Below, piece after piece: positions 24,184 through 33,346 of a DNA stretch of 34,070 nt. The stretch comes from Candidatus Lindowiibacteriota bacterium (GTDB lineage: Bacteria > Lindowbacteria > 2-12-FULL-62-27). A program made the position numbers and the translations under genes. The notes beneath the pieces were generated by a model. It ran no database searches. It saw only the letters and a list, made by a program, of their open reading frames with translations, and was not told the DNA's origin. How positions within the stretch are numbered: the stretch's first letter is position 1; every line of letters begins with the position of its first letter. The DNA is taken from positions 20,058 to 54,127 of the forward strand of contig JAHFCY010000001.1 in NCBI GenBank assembly GCA_023249255.1, written 5' to 3'.

Positions 24184-25131
24184 ATGGACATCTCGGTCGT
24201 TGTACCGGTTTACAATGAGGAAGACAACGTGAAACCTCTTCACGACGAGCTGGAGGCGGCGCTTCGGGCGACCGGCAAGTCGTACGAGATTCTCTACGTC
24301 GATGACGGATCGGCCGATCGAAGTTTCGAAATTCTTCGCCAGATCGCCGCGGACAATCCGGCCATCCGCCTGATCCGGTTCCGCCGAAATTTCGGCCAGA
24401 CGGCGGCTCTCGCCTGCGGCGCGGAACACGCGATCGGCACGGTTGTTATTTTCATCGACGCAGACCGTCAGAATGACCCGAACGACATTTCGAAACTGCT
24501 CGAAAAAATGAATGAGGGCTTTGACGTCGTTTCCGGGTGGCGGCACAACCGCCAGGACGCGGCCCTCACGCGAAAACTTCCGTCCGCCATCGCCAACCGC
24601 ATCATTTCGACCGTCACCGGCGTCCACCTCCACGACTACGGCTGTACCCTGAAAGCATACCGGCGCGACATCCTCCGCGACGTTCGCCTGTATGGCGAAA
24701 TGCATCGCTTCATCCCCGTCTACGCGCGGCTCGTCGGAGCGCGCATCACGGAGATCAAAGTGAACCACCGGCCGCGGGTTGCCGGCAAAACAAAGTACGG
24801 CCTCGCCCGGACATTCAAGGTCATTCTTGATCTGTTCGCAGCCAAATTGCTGTCAAGCTACATCACGCGCCCGATCCATTTCTTCGGCGGAATGGGATTC
24901 TATCTCTGCGGCGCGGGCATCCTGTCCGCCTTCGAAACGCTCATCGAAAAATTTTATTTCCCCGATCACAAGGTTCACAGCAATCCCTTCATTCTGCTCG
25001 CCATTTTTCTTTTTCAGCTCGGCGTACTCTTCATTCTCACGGGCCTCCTGGCCGAACTCGTCATCCGCACGTACCACGAGTCGAGCGGCAAACCCGTTTA
25101 TTTCATAGCCGAGAAAATCAACGTCGCATGA
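24184..25131 (+). CDS. GT2-family polyprenyl-phosphate glycosyltransferase (GtrB/DPM1-like) with two C-terminal TM helices
   Basis: The internal start gives MDISVVVPVYNEEDNV. Other blocks are YVDDGSADRS and FIDADRQNDP (the DxD region), and there are two TM helices at the C-terminus. Confidence 0.8.
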   Translation: MDISVVVPVYNEEDNVKPLHDELEAALRATGKSYEILYVDDGSADRSFEILRQIAADNPAIRLIRFRRNFGQTAALACGAEHAIGTVVIFIDADRQNDPNDISKLLEKMNEGFDVVSGWRHNRQDAALTRKLPSAIANRIISTVTGVHLHDYGCTLKAYRRDILRDVRLYGEMHRFIPVYARLVGARITEIKVNHRPRVAGKTKYGLARTFKVILDLFAAKLLSSYITRPIHFFGGMGFYLCGAGILSAFETLIEKFYFPDHKVHSNPFILLAIFLFQLGVLFILTGLLAELVIRTYHESSGKPVYFIAEKINVA

Positions 25132-25418
25132 CCATTGACCGGAAAACCGTCGATCATGTCGCCGCCCTCGCGCGGCTTGGACTCACCGATGATGAAAAAT
25201 CGAAACTCGCCACCGAACTTTCCGGCATCCTCGATCACGTCGAGATGCTGTCAAAACTGAATACAGACGGCGTCGATCCTCTCTATCACATCCTGCCGCT
25301 GAAAAATGTTTTTCGAGACGACGAAGCCCGGCCGTCCGACGTCCGGGATGACGTCCTCAAACACGCCCCACACGCCCGGCCGCCGTTTTTCGTCGTCCCC
25401 AACGTCCTCGAGGAGTAG
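25128..25418 (+). CDS. gatC: Asp/Glu-tRNA(Asn/Gln) amidotransferase subunit C
   Basis: 96 aa, containing VDHVAALARLGLTDDEKSKLATELSGILDHVEML. It has an ATGA overlap with the preceding gene and is followed by gatA and gatB. Confidence 0.85.
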   Translation: MTIDRKTVDHVAALARLGLTDDEKSKLATELSGILDHVEMLSKLNTDGVDPLYHILPLKNVFRDDEARPSDVRDDVLKHAPHARPPFFVVPNVLEE

Positions 25419-25445
25419 GGCGCCGCGCGCGCCACGTCAGAATCC

Positions 25446-26912
25446 ATGACACCTTCCCCCGAAACCTGGACGGCGGAATCGATCGGGGCCGCGATCCGCG
25501 ATGGAGGCCTTCACGCATCTGACGTCTGCGAGTCATATCTCGACCGCATCCGCCGGCTCGATCCCAAATTAAACGCCTTCGTCACCGTTCTAGAATCCGG
25601 CGCCCGCATGCAGGCTGAATCGGTCGACCGCGACCGCAAAGCCGGCAAACCCCTTCATCCGCTCGCCGGCGTCCCGGTCGCGCTCAAGGATAATCTCTGC
25701 GCGCGGGGAGTTGAAACAACCTGCTCGTCAAAAATACTGCGGAATTTCATCCCGCCCTACGACGCGACCGTCATCGAGCGCCTCCGCGCCGCAGGATCGG
25801 TGTTTCCCGGAAAAACCAATCTCGACGAATTCGCAATGGGATCGTCGACTGAAAATTCCGGCCTCTTTCCGACAAGAAATCCCCACGATCCCGGCCGCGT
25901 CCCGGGCGGATCATCCGGCGGATCGGCCGCATCCGTCGCCGCCGACTTTGCGCCCCTCGCGCTCGGCTCCGATACAGGCGGATCCATCCGCCAGCCCGCG
26001 TCGTTCTGCGGGCTTGTCGGGTTGAAACCCACATACGGCCGTGTCTCACGCTACGGCCTCATCGCATTCGCCAGCTCGCTCGATCAGATCGGGCCTTTTG
26101 CGCGAACCGCGATGGACGCGGCCCTTCTCATGGATGCCATCACCGGTCCCGATCCGCGCGACTCGACGTGCCTCCCGGAACCGGCGCCGAAATTCGCCGA
26201 CGGCCTGCGGGAACCGTTCCGCCCGGTTCGAATCGGCATGCCCCGCGAATATTTTGCCGAAGGACTCGCCAAACCCGTTGCCGGCGCCATTGACCGATTA
26301 AAAGATGTTCTTGTTTCGCTCGGATGTTCCGTTGTCGATGTGTCGCTTCCGCATACGCCTTACGCCGTCCCGACGTACTACCTCGTCGCAACCGCCGAGG
26401 CGTCCTCCAACCTCGCACGCTACGACGGCGTCCGATACGGCCTGCGCATCGACTCGGCTGATCTTGTTCAGCAATATTTCCTCACGCGCGCCAGGGGATT
26501 CGGCGCCGAAGTCAAACGCCGCATCATGCTTGGAACCTACGCGCTTTCCTCCGGCTACTACGACGCCTACTATCTCAAGGCCATGAAAGTTCGGAGGCTC
26601 ATTTACAACGATTTCATGGAGGCGTTTCGGGGCGTGGACCTGCTTCTGACGCCGACGGCGCCGACAACCGCCTTCAAATTCGGCGAGAAAGTTTCTGATC
26701 CATTACAAATGTATCTTTCCGACATTTACACCATTTCCGCCAATCTGGCCGGACTGCCCGCCGTGTCCTTTCCGTGCGGATTCGAAAATCATCTTCCGAT
26801 CGGCGCCCAGATGATCGGCCCCGCGCTATCCGAACTTCGGATGCTTCGCATCCTCCACGAATATCAGAAACAAACCGACTGGCACGCGCGGCGTCCGCAA
26901 AATCTGTCATGA
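25446..26912 (+). CDS. gatA: Asp/Glu-tRNA(Asn/Gln) amidotransferase subunit A
   Basis: It has the amidase signature GGSSGGSAASVAA...LGSDTGGSIRQPASFCG and the KDN block (VALKDNLC). Confidence 0.92.
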   Translation: MTPSPETWTAESIGAAIRDGGLHASDVCESYLDRIRRLDPKLNAFVTVLESGARMQAESVDRDRKAGKPLHPLAGVPVALKDNLCARGVETTCSSKILRNFIPPYDATVIERLRAAGSVFPGKTNLDEFAMGSSTENSGLFPTRNPHDPGRVPGGSSGGSAASVAADFAPLALGSDTGGSIRQPASFCGLVGLKPTYGRVSRYGLIAFASSLDQIGPFARTAMDAALLMDAITGPDPRDSTCLPEPAPKFADGLREPFRPVRIGMPREYFAEGLAKPVAGAIDRLKDVLVSLGCSVVDVSLPHTPYAVPTYYLVATAEASSNLARYDGVRYGLRIDSADLVQQYFLTRARGFGAEVKRRIMLGTYALSSGYYDAYYLKAMKVRRLIYNDFMEAFRGVDLLLTPTAPTTAFKFGEKVSDPLQMYLSDIYTISANLAGLPAVSFPCGFENHLPIGAQMIGPALSELRMLRILHEYQKQTDWHARRPQNLS

Positions 26913-28354
26913 CCTACGAACCCGTCATCGGACTCGAAGTCCACGTTCAGCTCAAGACCTCTTCGAAATTATTCTGCGGATGCTCCGTCCAGTTCGGCCA
27001 GGATCCAAATCGCAACACCTGCCCCGTCTGCATGGGGCTTCCCGGCGTCCTGCCCGTCCTCAACCGGCAGTCGGTTTTGCTCGGATTGCGCGCCGCGATT
27101 GCGTTGAATTGCCGGCCGGCGCCGTTTTTTAAATTCGACCGGAAAAATTATTTCTATCCCGATCTTCCCAAAGCCTATCAAATCTCCCAGTACGACCTGC
27201 CGCTTGCCCTGGATGGATTTCTCGATGTTTCCGTCGACGGCCAGGCCCGGCGCGTCGGCCTCGAACGCGTCCACATGGAAGAGGATGCCGGAAAACTCGT
27301 CCACGCCGAGCCGGGCCACGGCGTGCCGGCCGGAACCAGTTTTGTCGATTACAACCGCGCGGGCGTCCCGCTGATGGAGATCGTCAGCCGGCCCGATCTG
27401 CGAAGCTCCAAGGAGGCCCATGCGTATCTCGATGCGCTCAAACAGATCATGCGGTATATCGGCGTCTCCGACTGCGACATGGAGAAAGGCTCTCTTCGAT
27501 GCGACGCCAATGTCTCCATTCGCCCGGCCGGATCATCCACGCTTGGCGTCAAAGCCGAATTGAAAAATTTGAATTCGTTCAAGTTTGTCGAACGGGCAAT
27601 CGACGGCGAGATCGCGCGGCAGACAGAGATTCTCCAGTCAGGCGGAAAAATAGTCCAGGAAACGCGCGGCTATGACTCCGCCTCAAACACATCGCATGCC
27701 CAGCGCAGCAAAGAGGAGGCGCACGACTACCGGTATTTCCCGGAGCCGGACCTCCCGGGATTTTCACTTTCGCCGGAGAACATCGAATCCGTCCGGAAAA
27801 ATATTCCCGAACTGCCGGCTGTGCGGCGCGCGCGATTTTTGTCCGAATATCATCTGCCCGACTATGACGCCGATGTCCTCACAGCCGAATCGACGATGGC
27901 CGATTATTTCGAATCGGTTGCGCGGGAGGGGGCCGACCCCAAAAAAGCCTCCAATTTCATCATGGCTGAACTCATGCACGACCTCAAATCCGCGGGACTT
28001 TCAGCCGACCAATCACCCGTAAATCCCCGGCACCTCGCGGAACTGCTCAAACTCGTCGCAGACGGCAAAATCAGCGGCAAAATCTCGAAGGAAATTTTTC
28101 CGGTCATGTTCAAATCCGGGAAATCGCCGGCCGAAGTCCTCAAAGAGGAAAACATGGAGCTGATCTCCGACGCCGGCGTCATCGCCGCGTTCATCGATCA
28201 GGCCATTGCCGAAAATCCCAAGGCCGTCCAGGACATCAAAGGCGGCAAACAGTCGACTCTCGGATTTCTGGTCGGCCAGATCATGAAAAAATCACGCGGC
28301 CAAGCCGACCCCGCTCTCGTCACACAGGAATTAAGAAAAAAATTTGGACTTTGA
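26909..28354 (+). CDS. gatB: Asp/Glu-tRNA(Asn/Gln) amidotransferase subunit B
   Basis: The internal start ATG26909 overlaps the gatA stop (ATGA). The N-terminus reads MTYEPVIGLEVHVQLKTSSKLFCGC...NTCPVCMGLPGVLPVLN. The C-terminus has a YqeY-like tail. Confidence 0.92.
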   Translation: MTYEPVIGLEVHVQLKTSSKLFCGCSVQFGQDPNRNTCPVCMGLPGVLPVLNRQSVLLGLRAAIALNCRPAPFFKFDRKNYFYPDLPKAYQISQYDLPLALDGFLDVSVDGQARRVGLERVHMEEDAGKLVHAEPGHGVPAGTSFVDYNRAGVPLMEIVSRPDLRSSKEAHAYLDALKQIMRYIGVSDCDMEKGSLRCDANVSIRPAGSSTLGVKAELKNLNSFKFVERAIDGEIARQTEILQSGGKIVQETRGYDSASNTSHAQRSKEEAHDYRYFPEPDLPGFSLSPENIESVRKNIPELPAVRRARFLSEYHLPDYDADVLTAESTMADYFESVAREGADPKKASNFIMAELMHDLKSAGLSADQSPVNPRHLAELLKLVADGKISGKISKEIFPVMFKSGKSPAEVLKEENMELISDAGVIAAFIDQAIAENPKAVQDIKGGKQSTLGFLVGQIMKKSRGQADPALVTQELRKKFGL

Positions 28355-28447
28355 CCTCCGTTAGCGGTACAATTCGTCTCCAAGGTTTGGATGGGTTTCA
28401 AAGAGAGCATTTATATCCTATTGAATGATATTCTATTACGCAATTAT

Positions 28448-28475
28448 TAAAGTTTTCGACATCTATTGCCGATAA
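28448..28475 (+). promoter_or_regulatory. Sigma-28 (FliA) promoter, near-perfect consensus, driving flgM
   Basis: The sequence is TAAAGTTT-N12-GCCGATAA, 25 nt upstream of the flgM ATG, with the SD GAGGAGG at 28484-28490 in between. It lies in a conspicuously AT-rich 146-nt gap. Confidence 0.75.
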
Positions 28476-28500
28476 ACCAATTAGAGGAGGTAACACTCAC

Positions 28501-28806
28501 ATGGTTGTGGAGCCAATTACAGGCGGACAGGAAGTCCAGAAGTCGCAGAGTATCAAGCGCCGGGATTCCGAGAAGCGGACCGAAGCAGTACAGACCGCCA
28601 AATCGAGCGATTCCGTTGAGATCAGCGGCAAGGCGCGCGAAGCAGCCCAAACCCACGAAGCCGTTTCGATAGTTAAATCCATTCCGGATATTCATCGGAA
28701 GGAAAAGGTCGAAGCGGCGAGGGCACGAATGCTCGGTGGCAATTACCTGTCGCCGGAAGTCGTGGACGACATAGCTGAAAAAATCGCGAATTTGCTGATC
28801 AAGTAA
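28501..28806 (+). CDS. flgM: Anti-sigma-28 factor FlgM
   Basis: 101 aa. SDSVEISGKAREAAQ...DIHRKEKVEAARARMLGGNYLSPEVVDDIAEKIANLL parallels E. coli FlgM VTLSDAQAKL...[31 protein letters not shown]. A consensus sigma-28 promoter lies directly upstream. Confidence 0.8.
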   Translation: MVVEPITGGQEVQKSQSIKRRDSEKRTEAVQTAKSSDSVEISGKAREAAQTHEAVSIVKSIPDIHRKEKVEAARARMLGGNYLSPEVVDDIAEKIANLLIK

Positions 28807-28811
28807 TTTCG

Positions 28812-28860
28812 AGACGTTAAGGCAGGTTGGATTTTCCCAATCTGTCCCGCTTTAACGTCT
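28812..28860 (+). other. Long stem-loop immediately after the flgM stop
   Basis: AGACGTTAA (28812-28820) pairs perfectly with TTAACGTCT (28852-28860). The stem is extendable by a G-U, a G-C and a C-G pair, leaving a ~25-nt loop with a small inner TTGG/CCAA stem. It is followed by GGTTTCATTC, not a clean U-tract. Function is unknown (terminator or mRNA stabiliser). Confidence 0.35.
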
Positions 28861-28893
28861 GGTTTCATTCATACCATCATCCCTGTTTACAAA

Positions 28894-28936
28894 AGAGAGC
28901 TTGGGCCGGCGTTTCAATTCCGAGCTCTCTCTTTTT
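28894..28936. terminator. Candidate bidirectional rho-independent terminator between the convergent flgM and M23 peptidase genes
   Basis: AGAGAGCT (28894-28901) pairs with AGCTCTCT (28923-28930). It is followed by CTTTTT on the + strand and preceded by AAAA (a T-run on the - strand). The loop is long at 21 nt, so confidence is modest. Confidence 0.4.
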
Positions 28937-29015
28937 CCCCACCCACTCTCCCGCGGACAGACCTTCTCCCGTAATCTTCTTCAGACTTCCCGAGTTTCCG
29001 TCTTCTACCGGAAAA

Positions 29016-30134
29016 TCAGCGTTTCAAATACTGCAGGGGATCCTGAGGCAGGCCAAACTTTCGGATTTCGAAATGGAGGTTGGGGCCGGTAGCCAGTCCC
29101 GTGGCGCCGATGGCGCCGATAACCTGGCCCTGTTCGACGCGCTGGCCTTTCGCCACGCGCGTGTTGTAGAGGTGGGCGTATCGGCTGGTCATGCCATCCT
29201 TGTGCCGGACCACAATGATCTTGCCATATCCCCTCATCCAGCCGACGAAACCGACCGTTCCGTCCGCGGTGGAGAAAACAGTCGATCCCCGGCCTCCGCC
29301 GATATCAATGCCCTCGTGGAAAATACGGCGGTGGCGGATAGGATGCATTCGGAATCCGAATAACGAATTCACGATGCGATAGGATGACGGCCAGATGAAT
29401 CCGGATGCCGGCCTCGGAGCTTTCATTTTCGGCGCCGTTTGCATCGCGTATTTGGGATTTGGAATGGCGAGTTTGTCTCCGGATTTAACAGGGCTGTTGC
29501 CTTTGAGCCGGTTGAATTTCGCGACCTCGGCGGGGCTGACGGCGAACTGTCTGGCGACGGACGACATCGTTTCGTTTCCGCGCAGGCGGACTTCGACGAC
29601 GTCCATGTTCGGAATTTGAATCTCTTTACCGACCGGCAAATTGTCAGGGTCCATGATGACGCCCGAATTGACGTAGAGAAGCGTGCCGGTTCGGATGCCG
29701 TTTTTGCGCGCAAGATCCCACAGATTGTCGCCGGACCGGATCCGGTACTTTGCGTATTTCAGTTCCTTTTTCGTCAGGGCCGTGACGGACGGCTTCATGT
29801 CCTCCACCACGTCTTCGATCTTGTCCATGCTCTCCGGCTCGAAATCGTCCGGATCGGACACCGGCACATTCTGAAAACTGGAGAGAACAGTCGGACGGAT
29901 GAGCAGCGTATCGTCGAGCGGAGGCTGGTAGGCAAATGACTGCCGGACGATTTGAAACACAGCCAATCCCCCCGAGAAGATCGTTGCGATAAAACACAAC
30001 ATCACGATTTTTTTGGGAAAGCGGACAAGCCCCGGCCGGTGGCGGCAAACCGCCTGAAGACGAGATCGAATTCTATTGAACAACCCGGGACTCAGCGGTC
30101 CCGATCGGCTGCGATGATTCGAATAAATTTTCAA
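29016..30134 (-). CDS. LysM-domain M23-family peptidoglycan metalloendopeptidase
   Basis: It has an N-terminal TM and two LysM repeats (YRIRSGDNLWDLARKNGI... and VEVRLRGNETMSSVARQFAVSPAEVAKFNRL). The M23 core reads HEGIDIGGGRGSTVFSTADGTV...YGKIIVVRHKDGMTSRYAHL...GATGLATGPNLHFEI. Confidence 0.85.
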   Translation of the reverse strand: MKIYSNHRSRSGPLSPGLFNRIRSRLQAVCRHRPGLVRFPKKIVMLCFIATIFSGGLAVFQIVRQSFAYQPPLDDTLLIRPTVLSSFQNVPVSDPDDFEPESMDKIEDVVEDMKPSVTALTKKELKYAKYRIRSGDNLWDLARKNGIRTGTLLYVNSGVIMDPDNLPVGKEIQIPNMDVVEVRLRGNETMSSVARQFAVSPAEVAKFNRLKGNSPVKSGDKLAIPNPKYAMQTAPKMKAPRPASGFIWPSSYRIVNSLFGFRMHPIRHRRIFHEGIDIGGGRGSTVFSTADGTVGFVGWMRGYGKIIVVRHKDGMTSRYAHLYNTRVAKGQRVEQGQVIGAIGATGLATGPNLHFEIRKFGLPQDPLQYLKR

Positions 30135-30214
30135 CTGACCGCCTCGCTCGCGTCGAATTTCGGGCAGACCCGGCCTCCCTCGACTTCCCCTATATACTTA
30201 TCGGGTTAGGCCGA

Positions 30215-30244
30215 TTGACGCTTGAACGCGCGTGATGCTATTTT
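30215..30244 (+). promoter_or_regulatory. Possible sigma-70 promoter for ilvN-ilvC
   Basis: TTGACG (30215-30220), an 18-nt spacer containing TGc, then TATTTT (30239-30244), about 40 nt upstream of the ilvN ATG. This rests on sequence resemblance only. Confidence 0.3.
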
Positions 30245-30284
30245 TTCAGTTTGGGTCTTGGTCCAGAGGAAGGAGGCGCTGTGC

Positions 30285-30818
30285 ATGCGCCACGTCATTT
30301 CCATACTCGTGCAGAATAAATTCGGCGTGCTGGCCAGAATTTCAGGGCTGATCTCCGCCCGGGGGTTTAACATCGACAGCCTGACCGTGGGCGAAACCGA
30401 GGAACCGAAAACCTCGCGGATGATCATCGTGGTCCACGGGGACGATCCAGTCATCGAACAGATCATCAAACAGCTCCGGCGGCTGATCGAAACCATCCGG
30501 GTCACCGACCTGGCGGAGGGGCGGTTCGTCGAACGCGATTTGATGCTGGCGAAAATAGAGGCGACTCCGGCCAAACGCCTCGAGATTCTCCAGATCGCCA
30601 ACGTCTTTGGCGCGAAAATCGTCGACATGACCGCCCGCGAGATCATTCTTGAACTGTCGGGCGAGGTCGGCCGGATCGACGCGTTGATCGGCATTTTGAA
30701 ACCGTACGGCATCAAAGAACTCGCCCGGACAGGATCTGTTGCGCTTTCCCGCGGGCCCATCGCGCCGGCCTCATCCGCCGCGCCGGGAAGCGCCCCTGCG
30801 GGCGTCAACACTCTCTGA
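30285..30818 (+). CDS. ilvN: Acetolactate synthase small (regulatory) subunit
   Basis: The internal start ATG30285 follows the [60 protein letters not shown] is the ACT domain, followed by the ALS_ss_C-like half. Confidence 0.9.
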   Translation: MRHVISILVQNKFGVLARISGLISARGFNIDSLTVGETEEPKTSRMIIVVHGDDPVIEQIIKQLRRLIETIRVTDLAEGRFVERDLMLAKIEATPAKRLEILQIANVFGAKIVDMTAREIILELSGEVGRIDALIGILKPYGIKELARTGSVALSRGPIAPASSAAPGSAPAGVNTL

Positions 30819-30868
30819 CGAGAGGTTCACATCCATCACCGCGCAGTGCGTTCAAAAGGAGTCTGACC

Positions 30869-31888
30869 ATGGCTGACATTTGTTACGACAAAGACGCAGA
30901 TTTGGGATATCTCAAGAATCGGAAGATCGCGATCATCGGATACGGATCGCAGGGCCATGCCCAGGCCCAAAATCTCCGTGACAGCGGATTGAACGTCATC
31001 GTTTCCGCTTCCAAACCCGGCAGTGCGTCGTGGGAAAACGCGACGAAGGCGGGATTCACGGTGAAGACCGCCGCCGAGGCCGCCAAAGAGGCCGACGTGT
31101 TTTTCATGCTTGCGCCGGACGAAAAGCAGAAGGCGATTTTTGAACGCGACATTCTGCCGAATGCGAGGGAAAAATCGGTGCTGGTGTTCGGACACGGATT
31201 CAACATCCGCTTTTTCCGCGTCGTTCCGCCGAAATGGATGGACGTCGTTCTCGTCGCGCCGAAAGCGCCGGGCCACACCGTTCGGTCGATGTACAAGGAG
31301 GGCAAAGGCGTGCCGTGCCTGCTGGCCGTTCATCAGGACGCAAGCGGCCAGGCGCGGCAGATTGCGATCGCCATCGCCAAGGGCATCGGCTCCACGCGGG
31401 CCGGCGCCCTCTGGACGACGTTCACGGAGGAGTGCGAATCCGATTTGTTCGGAGAGCAGGTGATTCTTTGCGGGGGCGTGGCGCATCTCATTCAGGCCGC
31501 GTTCGAAACGCTGGTCGACGCGGGATATCAGCCGGAGGTCGCCTATTTCGAAGCGTGCCACGAGCTGAAACTCATCGTCGACATGATTCAGGAAGGCGGC
31601 ATCGGGTGGATGCGATACTCCTGCTCCGACACCGCCGAATTCGGCGATTACACGCGCGGGCCCCGCATCATCACTGACGAGACCAAGGCCGAGATGAAAA
31701 AGATTTTGAACGAGATTCAATCCGGCCAGTTCGCGCGGGAGTGGCTGCTCGAAAACGAGGTCGGACGACCCATGTTCAATTCGATGCGCGCGCGGCACAA
31801 GGCGCACAGGATCGAGCAGGTCGGCGAGCAGGTGCGGTCGATGATGTCATGGATCCGGAGGCGGCGGACGGAGACGGGCGAGGATTGA
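30869..31888 (+). CDS. ilvC: Ketol-acid reductoisomerase (class I)
   Basis: Characteristic blocks are [38 protein letters not shown] and [15 protein letters not shown]. Confidence 0.93.
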   Translation: MADICYDKDADLGYLKNRKIAIIGYGSQGHAQAQNLRDSGLNVIVSASKPGSASWENATKAGFTVKTAAEAAKEADVFFMLAPDEKQKAIFERDILPNAREKSVLVFGHGFNIRFFRVVPPKWMDVVLVAPKAPGHTVRSMYKEGKGVPCLLAVHQDASGQARQIAIAIAKGIGSTRAGALWTTFTEECESDLFGEQVILCGGVAHLIQAAFETLVDAGYQPEVAYFEACHELKLIVDMIQEGGIGWMRYSCSDTAEFGDYTRGPRIITDETKAEMKKILNEIQSGQFAREWLLENEVGRPMFNSMRARHKAHRIEQVGEQVRSMMSWIRRRRTETGED

Positions 31889-31904
31889 CCGGCGCGCGGC
31901 CGTG

Positions 31905-32540
31905 ATGGTCAGAGAGGGATTGAAATATGTCGTGCCGATGCTGGCCGCGGCAGCGTTGTCCGCCGTTATCCTCGGCCATCACGCGCTGACGTACGTTGCG
32001 CTCGGACTTGCCGTTGCCTTGGCCGCGTTTTTCCGGCGGGCGCCGGCGCCGGCTGCGGTGAGTCCCAACGCCATTTTGTCGCCGGCCGCGGGGTTTGTCA
32101 TCGAGGTCGTCGATGAAGACGAGCCGCTGTTTATGAAATCTCCGGCGCGGCGCATCAGCATCTTCATGACGCCCCTCGACGTCCACGTCAACACCGCGCC
32201 GTTTGACGGCAGTATCCGGTACACCGAATACCGGCCCGGGACGTTTTTCAAGGCGGATCGGGCCGAAGCGCGGTTGCAGAATGAGAAAATGCTGGTTGGA
32301 TTTGAGCGTACGGACGGTGTGCGATGCCTGGCGGCCCAGGTGGCCGGATGGCTGGCCAGAAGGATCGTCTGTGACGTTTGTGTGGGCGACAATGTCCGGC
32401 AGGGGAGACGGTACGGCATGATCGAATTCGGATCGCGGATGGATCTGCACATGCCGGCGAAATTCCAGATCCGGGTGACGCCCGGCCAGCACGTGCGAGC
32501 GGCGACAACAGTTCTTGCCGAGGAGGTGGTGGCATCATGA
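31905..32540 (+). CDS. psd: Phosphatidylserine decarboxylase proenzyme (short Asd/archaetidylserine-type)
   Basis: About 210 aa. Blocks seen are SPAAGFVIEV, FMTPLDVHVNTAP and the C-terminal self-cleavage block MIEFGSRMDL. The start is ATG31905 or GTG31902. Confidence 0.8.
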   Translation: MVREGLKYVVPMLAAAALSAVILGHHALTYVALGLAVALAAFFRRAPAPAAVSPNAILSPAAGFVIEVVDEDEPLFMKSPARRISIFMTPLDVHVNTAPFDGSIRYTEYRPGTFFKADRAEARLQNEKMLVGFERTDGVRCLAAQVAGWLARRIVCDVCVGDNVRQGRRYGMIEFGSRMDLHMPAKFQIRVTPGQHVRAATTVLAEEVVAS

Positions 32541-33346
32541 TTCTGAATCGACCGGGCTGGCGGACGCGGTTTTCGATCCGACGCGGCGTGTACCTCCTGC
32601 CAAGCCTGTTCACGCTGACCAACCTCATGTGCGGATTTTATGCGATTGTTCAGTCATTCAAGGGCGAGTACCTCACGGCGGCGCTGTCAATCGTCGTGGC
32701 CTTTGTGGCTGACGGGCTGGACGGCCGGATCGCGAGGCTGACCGGCACCACAAGCGAGTTCGGCGTCGAATTTGACTCGCTTGCCGATCTGGTGACGTTC
32801 TGCGTCGCGCCGGCGCTCATGATCTATTCGCGCTGGTTGATCGACATCCCGAAAATCGGCTGGGTCTGCGCGTTCGTCTATGTCGCCTGCGGCGCGATCC
32901 GGCTGGCGCGGTTCAACGCTTACGACACGACGACGCAGTCGATCTATTTCAACGGTCTTCCGAGCCCCGCTGCGGCGGGAGGGCTGGTTTCATTGATTTT
33001 TCTGGAGGAGCAGATTTTTCCGGGCGAAACGCATGCCGGGATGGTCGCGCCGTGGGTCTGCATTCTGCTGGCGTTTCTCATGGTCTCGAGCATCCATTAT
33101 CCGAGTTTCAAGAACATCAAAATCGAGAACCGCATGTCGGCCAGAGCGCTGATCTCGGTCGTCTTTTTCATTTTCATTTTTGTCTCGAAATTTTACGTGG
33201 CGTTCACCGCGCTGTTTCTGGTGTACCTCATGTCCGGTCTGTTCGTTCAACTGTCGTTTTTGGCCGGCGTTCGAGCCGGAAGACATCTTCACCAGGAAGA
33301 CGGGGAGGTGAGGGATTCCCATGAGCCGCGTCATCCGAATATTTGA
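32537..33346 (+). CDS. pssA: CDP-diacylglycerol--serine O-phosphatidyltransferase
   Basis: The internal start ATG32537 overlaps the psd stop (ATGA). It has the CDP-alcohol phosphatidyltransferase motif [28 protein letters not shown] and is a multi-TM protein. Confidence 0.85.
   Translation: MILNRPGWRTRFSIRRGVYLLPSLFTLTNLMCGFYAIVQSFKGEYLTAALSIVVAFVADGLDGRIARLTGTTSEFGVEFDSLADLVTFCVAPALMIYSRWLIDIPKIGWVCAFVYVACGAIRLARFNAYDTTTQSIYFNGLPSPAAAGGLVSLIFLEEQIFPGETHAGMVAPWVCILLAFLMVSSIHYPSFKNIKIENRMSARALISVVFFIFIFVSKFYVAFTALFLVYLMSGLFVQLSFLAGVRAGRHLHQEDGEVRDSHEPRHPNI

Noticed and set aside
28827-29363. 178-aa + strand ORF after flgM
   Set aside because: Most of it is antisense to the M23 peptidase C-terminal catalytic domain. 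Its beginning lies in the terminator and stem-loop region, and it has no SD.
21796-32492. Long antisense ORFs: 21796..22530(-), 23803..24768(-), 30836..31807(-) and 31776..32492(-); also 13372..14211(-) and 14915..15640(+)
   Set aside because: Each lies opposite a confidently identified gene (5'-nucleotidase, coaBC/GT2, ilvC, psd, the TPR protein, thrC). Each has the Arg/Gly/Pro-rich composition of GC-driven shadow frames.
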